Source of the DNA: the human T2T-CHM13v2.0 reference genome, Homo sapiens
Assembly: GCF_009914755.1 (NCBI RefSeq)
Contig: NC_060936.1
DNA length: 64,000 nucleotides
Direction: 5' to 3' (one strand)
The notes under the pieces are model-generated. The model was not told the DNA's origin. It saw only the letters and a program-made list of their open reading frames with translations, and did no database searches. The translations under genes were made by a program, and so were the position numbers. This document shows, piece after piece, positions 1 through 14,327 of the stretch (position 1 is the first letter of the stretch; every line of letters begins with the position of its first letter).

Positions 1-485
1 AAAATGACTTGTTTATTCATTTTTTTAAAATGTCTCAGAATATCTACCAAAATAGCCATTCTTAGACACAGTATGGCAGATATTTTGAATTATAATTAAA
101 AAAGAATTGTACAGCTTCCTATGTAAAAACAAAAAGGCTGCTCTTTGATTTCTCTGTTTTATAATATTAAATATCAGAAAACTATAAATCAGTGTCCACA
201 TTTTGAGTTTGTTTTTCTGCTACTGGATTCATTTTTAAAATGATAATTCTTTTAAAAAAGAGTTTGAATACCACAAATGTATGTGATGTGAAAATGAGGT
301 CCTTAGTTCATTTTCTTTCCCACTTTCTGCCAATCATAGCTTCCAGCGGTGACTACTTTTAACCTTGGAATGTATAGATCTTTTTCTATACATGTGACAT
401 ATACAAGATGATTTTGGGGGGGCTTAAGTAAAAATAGAATAATAATATTATGCATACTATGCAATTTTTAGTGTAACCACCTAGT

Positions 486-782
486 TTTTTTTTTTTTTTT
501 TTTGAGACAGAGTCTTGCTCTGTCATCCAGGCTGGAGTGCAGTGGTGCGATCTCGGCTCACTGCAGCCTCTGCCTCCTGATTCAAGCAATTCTCCTGCCT
601 CAGCCTCCCGAAGAGCTGGGACTACAGGCGCGCGCCACCACGCCTGGCTAATTTTTGTATTTTTAGTAGAGATGGGGTTTCACCATGTTGACCAGGCTGG
701 TCTTGAACTCCAGACCTTGTGATCCACCTGTCTCAGCCTCCCAAAGTATTGGGATTACAGGTGTGAGCCACTGCGCCTGGCC
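486..782 (-). mobile_element. AluS
   Basis: Poly-T + full antisense dimer. Confidence 0.95.
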
Positions 783-866
783 CACCTATATGATTTGACT
801 AAAGAAAAAATGACATTCTCGCATGAGCTGGGGTACAGAAAATACCTTCCCTTTCCCATATACCTT

Positions 867-982
867 TCTTTTCTTTTTCTTTCTTTCTTTTTTTTTTGAG
901 AGAGAGTCTCGCTTTGTCACCCATCCGCCCACCTTGGCCTTCCAGAGTGTTGGGATTACAGGCATGAGCCACTGCACCTGGC
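867..982 (-). mobile_element. Internally deleted Alu with TSD
   Basis: Alu 3' end joined to Alu 5' end; TSD CTTTCCCAT(A/T)TACCTT at 851-66 and 982-97. Confidence 0.8.
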
Positions 983-1627
983 TTTCCCATTTACCTTTTT
1001 AGAAAGTTATTTGAGATATTTTAGTCATCAGAAAGGTAAATCCATGTTAAGGATATGAAATTATGCTTTATGATCTTGAGCCTTAATAACATGCATAAAT
1101 AACTAAGTCCTTAGGGAAAATCTTTACCTTTGAGAGTCATAGGTAACTGATTGCCTAGGCCATAATATTGGACTTAAGCACATTTTAAGATTTGGGTTCT
1201 CCTCTAGAAGTGACTGCTTTCTGCAAGAAACTTTAAAAGTAAATCATAACATTTTCTCATTTTTATGAAATGTATGCCCTTATTGGATAAAATAAATTCT
1301 CTGGCAGAGCTCTTCCTTAGGTAGGGCCTCATGAATACACTCAGAAGTTTAATTTTCTTGAAAATATGTTTAATTTAAAATGGCTTCAGCAGCAACAGCA
1401 ACAGAAACAGTTGAATATTACGTCTATGCTTAGTAAAAGACTGAAAGGAGATACTACCAAATATTCATGTGGTGAAATGATAATTTTTATTTTTCTTTTT
1501 GTTCTGCTTTTTTTTCCCTCAGATTTCCTTTCAATATGTATTTGGGCAAAATATGTGATCAGGGAGTTTGTATAAGTACAACAAATGATTAATAATCTCA
1601 CTGACCATGTTGACACAAACAAGGTAA

Positions 1628-1941
<314 letters not shown>

Positions 1942-2482
1942 AAGGTAATGTTTTTATCAGATTGTTAAAGACTAACAGAATATGTAATTTAATTTGTGAA
2001 AAAGTAATATATGAGCATTCATTTACACTTCTGTTGAAAGTGTCACAGTAAAGCCTATACATCCATCCATATGTAGTATTGGCAAGGGATCTTTTATGAC
2101 TTACAGATATTTCCACTTTATAATTCTCAATGAGAAAATCAAGTGTGATTACAACTGTGTTAAAAAAATAACAAAACACAGGCTTACATATTCAGGAATG
2201 TACTGGTAAGTGAGCAACACTCAAAAGTTCGAGGAAGAAATAGGCTAACCTAATTAAGAGTGTTTACATCTGAGTACTGAATTTAGGGGTCACTTAGTTT
2301 TAGTCATAACTGTATTTTCCAAGTATATAGTTTATAATCAACTTAATTTATTTTCTTTACTCAGCTATCTTCTGAGGATCCTGTTTTCTATAGGTTTCTT
2401 TTTATATATTCATGGTTTTTTTTTTTAATGCTGTAATACTATTTGATTTCCATTCATTTTTGTCTTTTTTTTTTTTTTTCAG

Positions 2483-2548
2483 GCCAAGATAGCCAGGTTA
2501 ACCAAACGCTTTGAAGCAGCCAAAGAAGATCTTAAGAAAAGACATGAA
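2483..2548 (+). CDS. ATF7IP: ATF7IP internal exon (AKIARLTKRFEAAKEDLKKRHE), end of coiled-coil/SETDB1-binding region
   Basis: Poly-T tract + cAG acceptor (2481-82), 66 nt phase 0-0, donor GAA|GTAAAA; joins in frame to the next exon. Confidence 0.92.
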
Positions 2549-2776
2549 GTAAAATTTTTCTATTCTTGCATAATTAATATTTAGCACTAAGTGGTAATCT
2601 TAGGAAATGCTGAATTAGGAGGAAACTGTATTACAAATCTGAAATTTGCTTTCATACTGTGTACTCCTCTATGTAATTTCTGGATCTTCAGCCCTAGAAC
2701 TAATGAACCCCTTTCAAATCCTCATTTACTATTCTCATATATCAACATTTATATTCTATTTTAGGTTATGCAATTC

Positions 2777-3072
<296 letters not shown>

Positions 3073-3719
3073 CCTTAGGTTATGCAATTCTTGAAGCTGT
3101 ATTTTCTGTCCATCTTTAAAATTAGGCTTCAGGGATTTGTCTTACCTTGTTTCTTTCATTTTGCATTCTTGTCAGATTCCCAGTATGGTCTCTTACTATT
3201 TTCCCCAAAGTATTTTAGTATTCTACTGCCTGTAGTATTCCTGTTCTCCCCTTCCTTTCTTCCCCATGTAGTCAGTCCTCTTTTATGCTTTAATTGTAAT
3301 ATACAGAGATTAGATTAAGTCACTTTATTGACTTAAACAGTTTGAATATTTTTTAAAGTATACAATTAAGTCCAAACATAGCATAAATTGACTTCCATAG
3401 TCTGGCTTTTGCTTGTTGGTGTTTCCTTCATTTTTCCTTTGTTTATCATTTTGCCACTCTTCTGTTATTTCCTTTATTATTCATATTTTAATATAGTACT
3501 TTGTATATTGCATTATAGTTTTTAGTTGGATTTATTTTCTTTTCCTCCTGAATTTTTTTGTTTTTAATTTTTTTATTTGAACAAGGTCCATTTCTTCATC
3601 TTGATAGTTCCATTGTCTGGCACATAGTAAATTGCCAATATCAATAAATAGTAATCATTTTTCCTAGAGGTTTTCTGTATTGATACATGTTCATATATTC
3701 TTTCCTGTTTTTGCAGCAA

Positions 3720-4020
3720 TAGTACATAGAGCCCTATGAACTCTTCCCCTAGCTTCCCCTGAGTGGTGAAATCTTATCGCTGTAGTACAGTATCAAAGTG
3801 AAGAAATTGACAATTTTGTTTACAAAGTAGTTTACAGACTTAACAGTTTCTACCAGTTTTTACATGTGTATTTAAAAATTCATTGTGCATTTATGTCTGT
3901 CTGTGTTTATGATTCCATGCACTTTGATCACATGTATAGATTTATGTAGCCCCCATCACAGTCAAGATATAAAATTGTTACATCACCATAAGTGGACTCC
4001 CTCATGCTACCCTTTTCTGG
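3720..4020 (-). mobile_element. Old L1 3'-end fragment (L1MC/MB-like)
   Basis: Resemblance to remembered antisense L1 3'UTR consensus. Confidence 0.55.
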
Positions 4021-6284
4021 TTTTATTTTTATTATTGTTACATCTGTTGATGGACACTTGGTCCATTATTATCTTTGGGCTATTTTGAATAATGCTGCAA
4101 TGTACATGGGAGTGCAGCTATCTCTTTGAGATCCTGTTTTTAATTCTTTTGCATATATACCCAGAAGAGGAATTACTAGGTTGTATGGTAATACTTTTAG
4201 ATATTTGAGGAGCCCCCATTCTGTTCTTCATAGAGGCTGCACCATTTCACATTTATACCAGTAGTGCTCAAGAGTTCCAGATTTCCCATAACCTCGCTAA
4301 CGTGTTATTTTCTGTTCTTTTGATAGTGACCATCCTCATGGATGTATGTGATACCTCATTGTAGTTTTGATTTGCATTTCTCTAATGACTAGTGATGTTG
4401 AGCATCTTTTCATATGCTTGTTGGCCATTTATGTATCTCCTTTGGAGAAAAGTCTCTTCGGGTTCATTGCCTATTTTTAAATCAAGTTCCTTATTTTTGT
4501 TGTTGTTACTAAGTTGTAGGCATTCCTTATATATGCTGAATATTGACTCTTATATAAATTATTTGCAACTTTTTTGCATCCTTTGTTTCCTTTTCTCTCG
4601 ATTGTTTCCTTTCATATACAGAAGTTATTAAGTTTGATGCAGTTCTGTTTGTCTATTTTTGCTTTTCTTACCTGTGCTATTAGTGTCATATACAAAAGAA
4701 TCATTGCCAAATCCAATGTCATGAAACTTTTTCCGTATGTTTTCTTGTAGGAATTTTATGGTTTTAGGTCTTATATTTAAATCTTTAGTCAATTTTGAGT
4801 TAATTTTTATATATTTTGTCAGAGTCCATCTTCTTTCTTTTGCGTGTATATATCCAGTTTTCCCAGCACCATTTATTAAAGAGGCTGTCCTTATCCCGTT
4901 GTGTGGTTTAGGCAGTTTTGTTGAAGATCATTTGACCGTATATGTGAGTTTATTTCTAAGCTCTCTATTCATTTCCTTTGGTCACTGTCTATTTTTGTGC
5001 CAGCACCTCACTTTTTTCGATTATTGTAGCTTTGTAATATATTTTGTGTGGTTCCCCCACCCCCCGCCCCCTTGGCTAACTTAGCCTAATATGTAATATG
5101 TTTTCAAATCAGGAAGTTTGAAAACCTCCAACTTTGTTCTTTTCAAAACTATTTTTGCAATTCAAGATCCTTTGAGATTCCATATGAATTTTAGGATTTT
5201 TTTCTGGAAAAAAAAAACAAACCCACTATTGCAATATTGATAGGGATTGCATTGAATCTGCAGGTTGCTTTGGGTAATACAGATATTTTAACAATAATAA
5301 GACTTCCCAATCCATAAACACAGGATGTCTTTTCACTTATTTGTGTCTTTAAACTTTTTCCAACATTGTTTTGTAGTTTTTATTGTGTAATTGTTTTCTC
5401 CCTTTAAGTGTATTCCTAAGTATTTTATTCTTTTCGATGCTATTATAAATTATATTGTTCATTTCTTTTTTATATTTTTTATAGTTTATAGATATGCAAC
5501 TGATTTTTGCAGGTTGATTTTGTATCCTGCAACATTGCTGAGTTTACATATGTTTGAACAGTTGTCTTTAGGGTTTTTACATATGAGATCATATCATCTG
5601 TGAACAAAGATATTTATACTTCTTTTTCTGATTTGGATGTCATTTATTTCTTTTCTTGCATAATTGTTTGGTTTAGAATTTCTCATACTATATTGAACAG
5701 AAGTGGCAAGAGTAGGCATGCTTGCTTAATTCCTGATCTTAGAAGGAAAGCTTTCGGTTTTTCACCATTGAGTATGATGTTAACCATGGAGTTTTCATGT
5801 ATGGCCTTTGTTAAATTGAGATAATTTCCATTTCTGGTTTGATGAGTGTTTTATTTATTTTTTTCCATGAAAGGGTGTTGAATTTTGTCAAGTTCTTTTG
5901 CTGCATCAATTAAGATGATCATGTGGGTTTTGTCCTTTGTTCTGTTAATATGTTACATTGATTTTTATATCTTGACCTATCCTTGCATTCCTCAGATAAA
6001 CCAACTTGGTCATGGTGTATAATCTTTTTACATGCTGTTGAATTTGGTTTGCTAATATTTTCTTGAGGATTTTTATATCAGTATTCATCAGGGATATTTG
6101 TCTGTAGTTTTAGTATCTTTGTTTGACTTTGGTATCAAGGTAATGATTGCCTAATAAATGGAATTTGAAAGTACTCCTACTTGGAAGTACTCCTCTTGGA
6201 ATACTACCAATTGTTTGGTAGTATCCTCCAGTGAAGCCATCTGGTCTTAGGTTTTTGTTTGTTAATTTTATTTTTAAAATTTAT

Positions 6285-6520
6285 TATTTATTAATGATTA
6301 TTATTTTTGCAACAGAGTCTCACTCTGTCATCCAGGCTGGAGTGCAGTGATGTGATCTTGGTTCAAGTGATTTGTGTGCCTCAACCTCCTGAGTAGCTGG
6401 AATAATAGGCCTGCACCACCACGTCTGGCTAATTTTTGTATTTGTAGTAGAGACGGGCTTTCGTCATTTGGCCAGGGTGGTCTTGAACTCCTGACCTCAA
6501 GTGAGCCACCGCACCTGGCC
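6285..6520 (-). mobile_element. Alu with internal deletions, nested in L1
   Basis: Alu text; TSD-like CTTAGG(T/C)TTTT on both sides. Confidence 0.85.
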
Positions 6521-9119
6521 TTAGGCTTTTTTTGTTAGGAGATTTCTATTACTGATTAAGTCTCCTTAATAATTATAGATTTATTTATTTATTTACTTTT
6601 AATAATTCAGTCTTGGTGGGTTGTGTGTTTTTAGGAATTTATTTCTTCTAGGTAATCAAGTTTGCAGGTGTGTAATTGTTCATTGTAGTCTCTTGTAATC
6701 CTTCCCATTTATGTAGCATCAGTTCTAATGTCTTCTCTTTCTTTCATTTCTTTTCATCTTTAAAGTCATCTGTTTTGTTAGTTAGCCTAGTTAAGGATTT
6801 ATCAATTTTGCTGATTTTTTTTAAACCAACTTTTAAGTTTTGTTTTTGTTTTTCTATTCTCTATTTTTGTTTACTTCCACCCTAATTTTCATTATTTCTT
6901 TCCTCTTGCTAATTTTGGGTTTAGTTTTTCCCCTCTAGTTCTTTGAGTTGTAAAGCTAGATTGTTGATTTGAGATCTTTGTGTTTGTGTTTTACCACTAT
7001 AAACTTCCTTCTTACCACTGTTTTCACTGCATACAATTTATTATATTTTGTTTTCATTTTCATTTGTCTGAAGATATCTTGTAATTTACCTTCTTCTTTG
7101 ACTTGTTGGTTTTTTTTTTTAAACAGCATGTTTAATTTTCACATATTTGTGACTTTTCCTACTTTTCTTCTGCTGTTGACGTCAAGTTTCATTCCATTAT
7201 TGTCAGAAAAGATACTTGGTATGATTTCATTCTTTCTAAATTTGTTAAGACCTGGGTTGTGACATGCGACCTATCCATGAGAATTTTCTATGTGCTCTTG
7301 AGAAGAATGTGTATTCTGCTGTTGTTTGATCCAAGCTTATCCTATGTGTCTGTTAGGTCCAATTAGCATATAGTGTTGTTAAAGTTCTCTGTTTCTGTGT
7401 TGATATTCTGTCTGATGGTTCTATCCATTATTGAAAGTGGGGTATTGAAGTTTCCTACTATCATTGTTTTACTGTCTGTTTCTCCCTTCCATTCTTTCAA
7501 TGTTTGTTTCATATATTTGGAGCTCTGATGTAGGGGTGTGTGTGTGTGTGTTACAGCTGGTGAAAGTACCCTTTTATCATTATGTCCTTCATTGTCTGTT
7601 TTGACAGTTTTTGACCTAAAGTCTATTTTGTCATACATAAGTATGGCCCATCCTTACTCTCTTCTTGTTACCATTTGCATGGTAATATTTTTCCATCCTT
7701 TCACTTTCATTCTGTGTTGTATTTTGGATCCAAAGTGAGCCTCTTGTAGGCACCATATAGTTGGATCTTATTTTAAAAAACATTAAGTCAACCTGTCGTT
7801 TGATTGGAGAATTTTATCCATTTGCATTTAAATAAACTGCTCATTGGAAGGGACTTATTGTTGTCATTTTGTTTTTTTCTCTATGACTTGTAGCTTTTTT
7901 TTGTTTCTTGATTCCTTTGTGTTTCATTGCTTTTTGTTTTTCTTTTGGTATAGTAGTGTGCTTTCATTCCTTTTACAGTTCGTTTTGTGTATTTTCTTTA
8001 GATGTTTCCTCTGTGGTTACCGTGGGGATTACATAAAACATCCTAAAGTTACAACTGTCTATGTTAAACTGCAAATAACTTTAATCATATAAGAGCGCTA
8101 GTCTATATCTGCCTCACTATGACTTGATGTTACTGTTGTCGTATATCACATCTTTTTATGTTGTGTATCTGTTAACATATTTTTAGTTTTTTTAAGCTTT
8201 TAAGTTCTATACCAGAATTAAAAGTGGTTTATGCACCAATATAACAAGAATACAGGATTCTGTATTTTTCTCCTTATCAACATTTTCTTAGAGAAGTTTA
8301 TATTTTTGTATGCTTCCATGATGCATACACTCTTTAGTTTCCACGTGAAGGGCTTTCTTCAGCACTTCTTTTAGGACAGGTATAGTGATGAAACTCCTTC
8401 AGCTTTTACTAATCTGGGAAAAATTTTAATTTCACCTTCATTTTTGAAGCATATTATTGCCAGGTATAGTATTCTTGATTGGCAGGTCTTTGATTCAGCC
8501 CTTTGATAATATATTATCTCACTCCTTCAGGCCTACAAGATTTCTGCTGAGATATCTGCGTGTTATCTTATGGGAGTTCCCTTGTGTGTTGTTATGAGTT
8601 GCTTTTCTCTTACTGCTTTCAAGATTATTTACTGTGATTCAGACAGCTTGGTTATAATGTATCTCAGTGTAGATGTTTTTGGGTTAACAATAGTTGGAGG
8701 TCTTTGAGCTTCTTGAATTTGCATCTCCATTTTCTTCTTCCAGTTTCAGACATTTTCAGCAATTATTTATCTTTCTCTCTGTCTTCCTTTACTTCCCTTA
8801 TGTGTATATTGGTCTGCCTGTTGGTGTCCCAAAAGTCCTTTAGACTTTCTTAGCTTTTTTTCATTCTCTTTTTGCTCCTCTGGCTTGATAATTTCAAATG
8901 ACCTGTCTTCAAACTTGTGGACTTATTTTTCGGTTTGATCCGGTCTGCTCTTGATTCTCTACAGTGAATTTTCATTTCAGTGTATTCTTCAGCTTTTTAA
9001 TTTGTATTATGATACGTTTTTACAGTTTCTCTTTGTTGATATTTTCATTTTGTTCATGCACCCTTTTCCTGATTTTGCTGTTTTCTGTCGTCTCTTTCAC
9101 TTTCACCTAATTGAGTATC

Positions 9120-9414
<295 letters not shown>

Positions 9415-10386
9415 AGAGTGTCTTAATGATAGTTATTTTGAATTCATTGGCAGATAATTCATAGCTCTCTGTTACTTTAGGGTTGGTTTTTGGAGATTTA
9501 TTTTATTTATTTGATTGGACCATGTTTCTCTGTTTATTTGTATGCTTGTTGAAATTTTAGCATTTGAAAAAACAGCCACATCTCCCAGTCTTTGTGGACT
9601 CTTGTACACAGGAAGGGCTTCACCAGTCAGCCTTGTTAGAGAGTCTGTGGGCCTCTAACACCTTTTTTTGGCTATGTGTCTTCTCTGGGCTTTTGCTTGT
9701 ACTCTTCCATCTGAAGAGGTTTGCCTCTCTACTCTGAAGCTCCCTCTGGTACCTGTCTTTGCTATAGCAGCCTCTGGTACTTTGGCAAGCTGTTGTATTA
9801 GTGCTTCCCCTGCTGTCTGTCTGTGTTACTGCAATTTCTCTGGTGCTCTATCAAGTTGAGGGTCCTGCCTTTGGTCTCTGAGGCTCACAGGCATCCGAAG
9901 TGCCATAGTCACAGTTCTTGCTCCAGATTAGTCCTCCATGTTGGGTAAGACAAAATCTAATGCGTTGGGCATCTTTCTTAAACAGTTGGATTCAAGCTCC
10001 AACTTTCTCTTTCCTTTCTGATGTAGAAGCTGTGTTGGGAGGTTGATGGGGTATAGTGAGTAAATGCAATGTATTTTCCTAACTGTTCCAGTGTGCCTCT
10101 TTTTGGCCTTGTGCTCACCTGGGATGCCATACCCTCTCAACTAATTTGTGGAAATCTCATGCAGGCAATATGATGCTTATCTTGTTAAGTCATCTCCATA
10201 TGGGAAGCAGAGGGGACTTCCTGTTCTGACATGTTGCTGATCATACCACAGTTTTCAAAAATCCTCCATCAAATGAATCCTGTGTTCTAAACCATTTATT
10301 TATTCTCTATGCTTTTATTCTTCTTGTTTTTCTCCTGAAATATTCTTTTATCTTAACCATTTTGAGTGTAATAATTACTCAATGAT

Positions 10387-10690
10387 GGCCAGGCACAGTA
10401 GCTCATGCCTGTAATCCCAGCACTTTGGGAGGCTGAGGCGGGCAGATCACTTGAGTTCAGGAGTTCGAGACCAGCCTGGTCAACATGGCGAAACCCCACG
10501 TCTACTAAAAATACAAAAATTAGCCGGGCCTGGTGGCAGGCACCTGTAATCCCAGCTACTCAGAGGCTGAGGCAGGAGAATCGCTTGAGCCTGGGAGGCG
10601 GAGGCTAGAGTGAGCCAAGATGGTGCCGCAGGATGGTGCACTCCAGCCTGGGCGACAGTGAGACTCTATCTCAAAAAAAAAAAAAAAAAA
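10387..10690 (+). mobile_element. AluS
   Basis: Full dimer + poly(A); TSD AATTACTCAA. Confidence 0.95.
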
Positions 10691-11054
10691 ATTACTCAAC
10701 AATGTGCTTAAAGATGCATTCCTTTCCCTAAAAGCTTTTCTTTTTTAAGCTTTTTGCATTCGCCTTACACAGTTATTTTAATGTGCTTTTCTCTTGTTTT
10801 ACATTTGTTTATCTTGACAGCCAGATTTTAAGCACCTTTATAGCAGATTGTCTTAATTCTATTGTTTTTCCCTCTACACGTATCTAATGCAATGTCATAC
10901 TAGAAGGTTGAAATTATTGTTGTGTCATATAAAAAGTAGCAAGATGTATTTGTTGTTAAGAAGAGTGATTAATGGCATCTGCTCAATGTAATTCTAAGCA
11001 TTTACTACCTTTGGTTTAATATGTTATTCTTACACTTGACTTAGTCTTGAGTAG

Positions 11055-11378
<324 letters not shown>

Positions 11379-12050
11379 TCGTTTTAAGAGATAAATGATG
11401 ATAGTGTTATTAATGATGGAGGCCTAAATAATGATAGTTAATATGTAGGCGTTATAATTCCATTTCTGTATTCCCTGGTTTTGGGGGGAAAGGCTGAAAT
11501 AAGTTGTTACTGAAGCTTAGATTTGTGACATTTTATTAAATAATTTAAGTCACATAGTGGTAGGTAGTATTTTTTTAAAAAACAACTTAAAAATAATTTT
11601 GATTTGTGACATTGGATACCACTTATTTGTTGAATTGCTGGTGCTAATATGATGCCTGCTACATAGTAGGCATTCACTAGCTATTTGTTAAATGAGTGAG
11701 TCTGGTTATTCTTTAGATTTATATTGTTAATGTTTTTTAAACTCTTACAGCATGTGAGCCATTCTGGTGTTTTTAATTTATTCTTCATAAGAACACTGAG
11801 ATGCAGGAATTATTATATTAATCTCTCAAATGATAAGCAGTTGTCTTCAGCAAAGTAAATGATTTGCTTAAGATACAATGAACAAGTGATAATGCCAAGA
11901 TTCAAATTATTGTCTCAGCTGGCAATGTTTCCCATTATATTAGAACAGTGACAGATAATATATTGACAGGCATCTACAGGTCTAATTTTTTTTTAAAGAT
12001 TCCCTGTGTGTTGAGTTTTATTTTTACCTTGATTTTTTTTTCTCCCCCAG

Positions 12051-12124
12051 CATCCACCCAACCCACCAGTATCACCAGGAAAAACTGTAAATGATGTCAA
12101 CAGCAATAATAACATGTCTTACAG
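12051..12124 (+). CDS. ATF7IP: ATF7IP exon (HPPNPPVSPGKTVNDVNSNNNMSY-R)
   Basis: ttctcccccAG acceptor, AG|GTGAGA donor, 74 nt, phase 0-2. Confidence 0.93.
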
Positions 12125-12696
12125 GTGAGAATTCATAGTCTGTCTAGTTTTTAAAAACAGAACAAAGTTCTACTTTCTTTATTTGGTCAAAGAATCTTGC
12201 AGTGTAATCATGGTATTTATGTAGAAATAAGTGTTTGGTGTACTTGGTTAGTATATTTTCTTTTTCTGCTTCATTATATTGTTCATCTGTGAATAATACT
12301 TTTGCTAACTTATTATAAGGCATTCTTTGGTCACTATATATTTCTTTAACCACTTGTCTTAAATAGTATTCTTTCAAGTAATTGAGAAATGCTTCTGTTA
12401 AGGGTGAGAAAGACTAATGTCTGTATATATTAGGACCTACTTTTGGTATTCAGGTTAAGTACTGATAACAGACATTAGAATACAAGAGTTAAGAGTTAAG
12501 AGTTAATGCCACAGACCCCAGCATTTAGAAGTCTTTGTGCCAGCTATGCCTCACTGTTTTTGCTTGCAGTTTAGGATTGTGAAACCCAAGTCTAGCCACC
12601 CTTTTTCCCCTGTGGGCCACTGCTTATTCTAGATATCAGTTGGTATTCCCTGAGTGGCATATCTATTGACTATTGGTGTGTATATGTATTTCATAG

Positions 12697-12785
12697 AAAT
12701 GCAGGCACAGTGAGACAGATGCTGGAGTCCAAAAGAAATGTAAGCGAGAGTGCACCACCATCCTTTCAAACTCCTGTGAATACAG
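12697..12785 (+). CDS. ATF7IP: ATF7IP exon (R-NAGTVRQMLESKRNVSESAPPSFQTPVNT-V)
   Basis: ttcatAG acceptor, CAG|GTAAC donor, 89 nt, phase 2-1, frame continuous with neighbours. Confidence 0.92.
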
Positions 12786-12932
12786 GTAACTTTTTTTTTA
12801 AATACCAAAATACATTTTCTTAGGAATTAAAGGCTTTGGTTCTCTTTTCTTACATTCTTTTGAGGTTGAAATGGATTAAGAAATTGGGCACATTGGTCTA
12901 AGTACAAAAATTTTGTTAAAAATTCAGGATCA

Positions 12933-13060
12933 AACTGGGTATGGTGGCACATGCTTATAGTCTCAGCTACTTAGGAGGCTGAGGAGGATTACCCGAACCC
13001 AGGAGTTCAAGTCAGCTTGGGCAACATAATGGAATCCAGTTGGTCTCTTAAAACAAAAAA
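12933..13060 (+). mobile_element. Alu monomer (FLAM-like)
   Basis: Single arm; TSD AAAATT(C/T)AGG(A/G)TCA. Confidence 0.75.
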
Positions 13061-13302
13061 ATTTAGGGTCATAGATAAGTATATGTGAAAATACAGTATA
13101 GATATTCAAATCTCTATTGTAGTAGTTCACAAACTTTCTGGTCTCTAGATCCCTTTACAATCTTAAAAAATTATTAAGAACCCCAGAACTTTTGTTTATG
13201 TGGGTTACATCCATTTATATTTATTATCAGTCGAAATGAAGTAGAAATTAAACAGAAATTTAAAAATGTTTTTAAAATGTTTATTCATTTAAAATAATAG
13301 TA

Positions 13303-13620
13303 GGCTGGGCTTGGTCGCTCATGCCTGTAATCCCAGGACTTTGAGAGGCTGAGGCAGGCAGATCACTTGAGGTTAGGAGTTTGAGACCAGCCTGTCCAAC
13401 ATGGTGAAACCCCATCTCTACCAAAATACAAAAATTATCCAGGCATGATGGCTGGTGCCTGTAATCCCAGCTACTCAGGAGGCTGAGGCAGGAGAATTGA
13501 GCTTGAACCCGGGAAGTGGAGTTTGCGGTGAGCCGAGATCACGCCACTGCACCCCAGCCTGGGCAACAGAGTGGGACTTCCTCTCAAAAAAAAAAATAAT
13601 AAATAATAAATATAAAAATA
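13303..13620 (+). mobile_element. AluS nested in Charlie
   Basis: Full dimer + A-rich tail. Confidence 0.93.
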
Positions 13621-14029
13621 GATAAAGTAATAGTAAACTCATAATGTCTAACACAAAAAGCTTTTTAAAATGAAACTGTGTATTTTCCAAGCTTAAAAAT
13701 AGCAGCACAAAGAGCATTATTCTCTTACATTTTTTACATATCTCTTTAATACTTTGAGACATTAAGACAGCTAAAGATAGCTTAAAGGTATGTATACTCA
13801 TATCTATATCTGTTTTTAGTCTGTTTTAAAATGTTGATTTGGCTGAAGCATATGAAAGAAATCCAGTCTTTTACAAATATATAGATGGAAAAGGGCTAGC
13901 CCTTACAGATAATTGTGGATATTCTTCTTTAATACTATCCAGTAGTAGTTTCTTTAAGGTTGGTTGTGAAGTGTAATCTGAAACCACACCAAAGAACTTT
14001 TCTAACTCCTCCATTAAAATCCATTTATT

Positions 14030-14327
14030 GGACAAGCGTGGTGGCTTACGACTGTAATCCCAGCACTTTGGGAGGCCCGAGGCAGGTGGATTGCTTGAAC
14101 TCAGGAGTTCCGGGCCTGCCGGGGCAACATAGTGAAACTCTCTCTCTACAAAAAATACAAAAAGTAGCCAGACATGGTGGTGCACAACTGTGGTCCCAGC
14201 TACTCAGGAGGCTGAAGTGGAAAGATGGCCTGAGCCCGGGAGGTGTAGGCTGCTGTGAGCCAAGATTGCGCCAGTGTACTCGATCCTGGGCGCTAGAGGC
14301 AAACCTTGTCTTAGAAAAAAAAAAAAA
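14030..14327 (+). mobile_element. AluJ nested in Charlie
   Basis: Full dimer; TSD AAAATCCATT. Confidence 0.9.
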
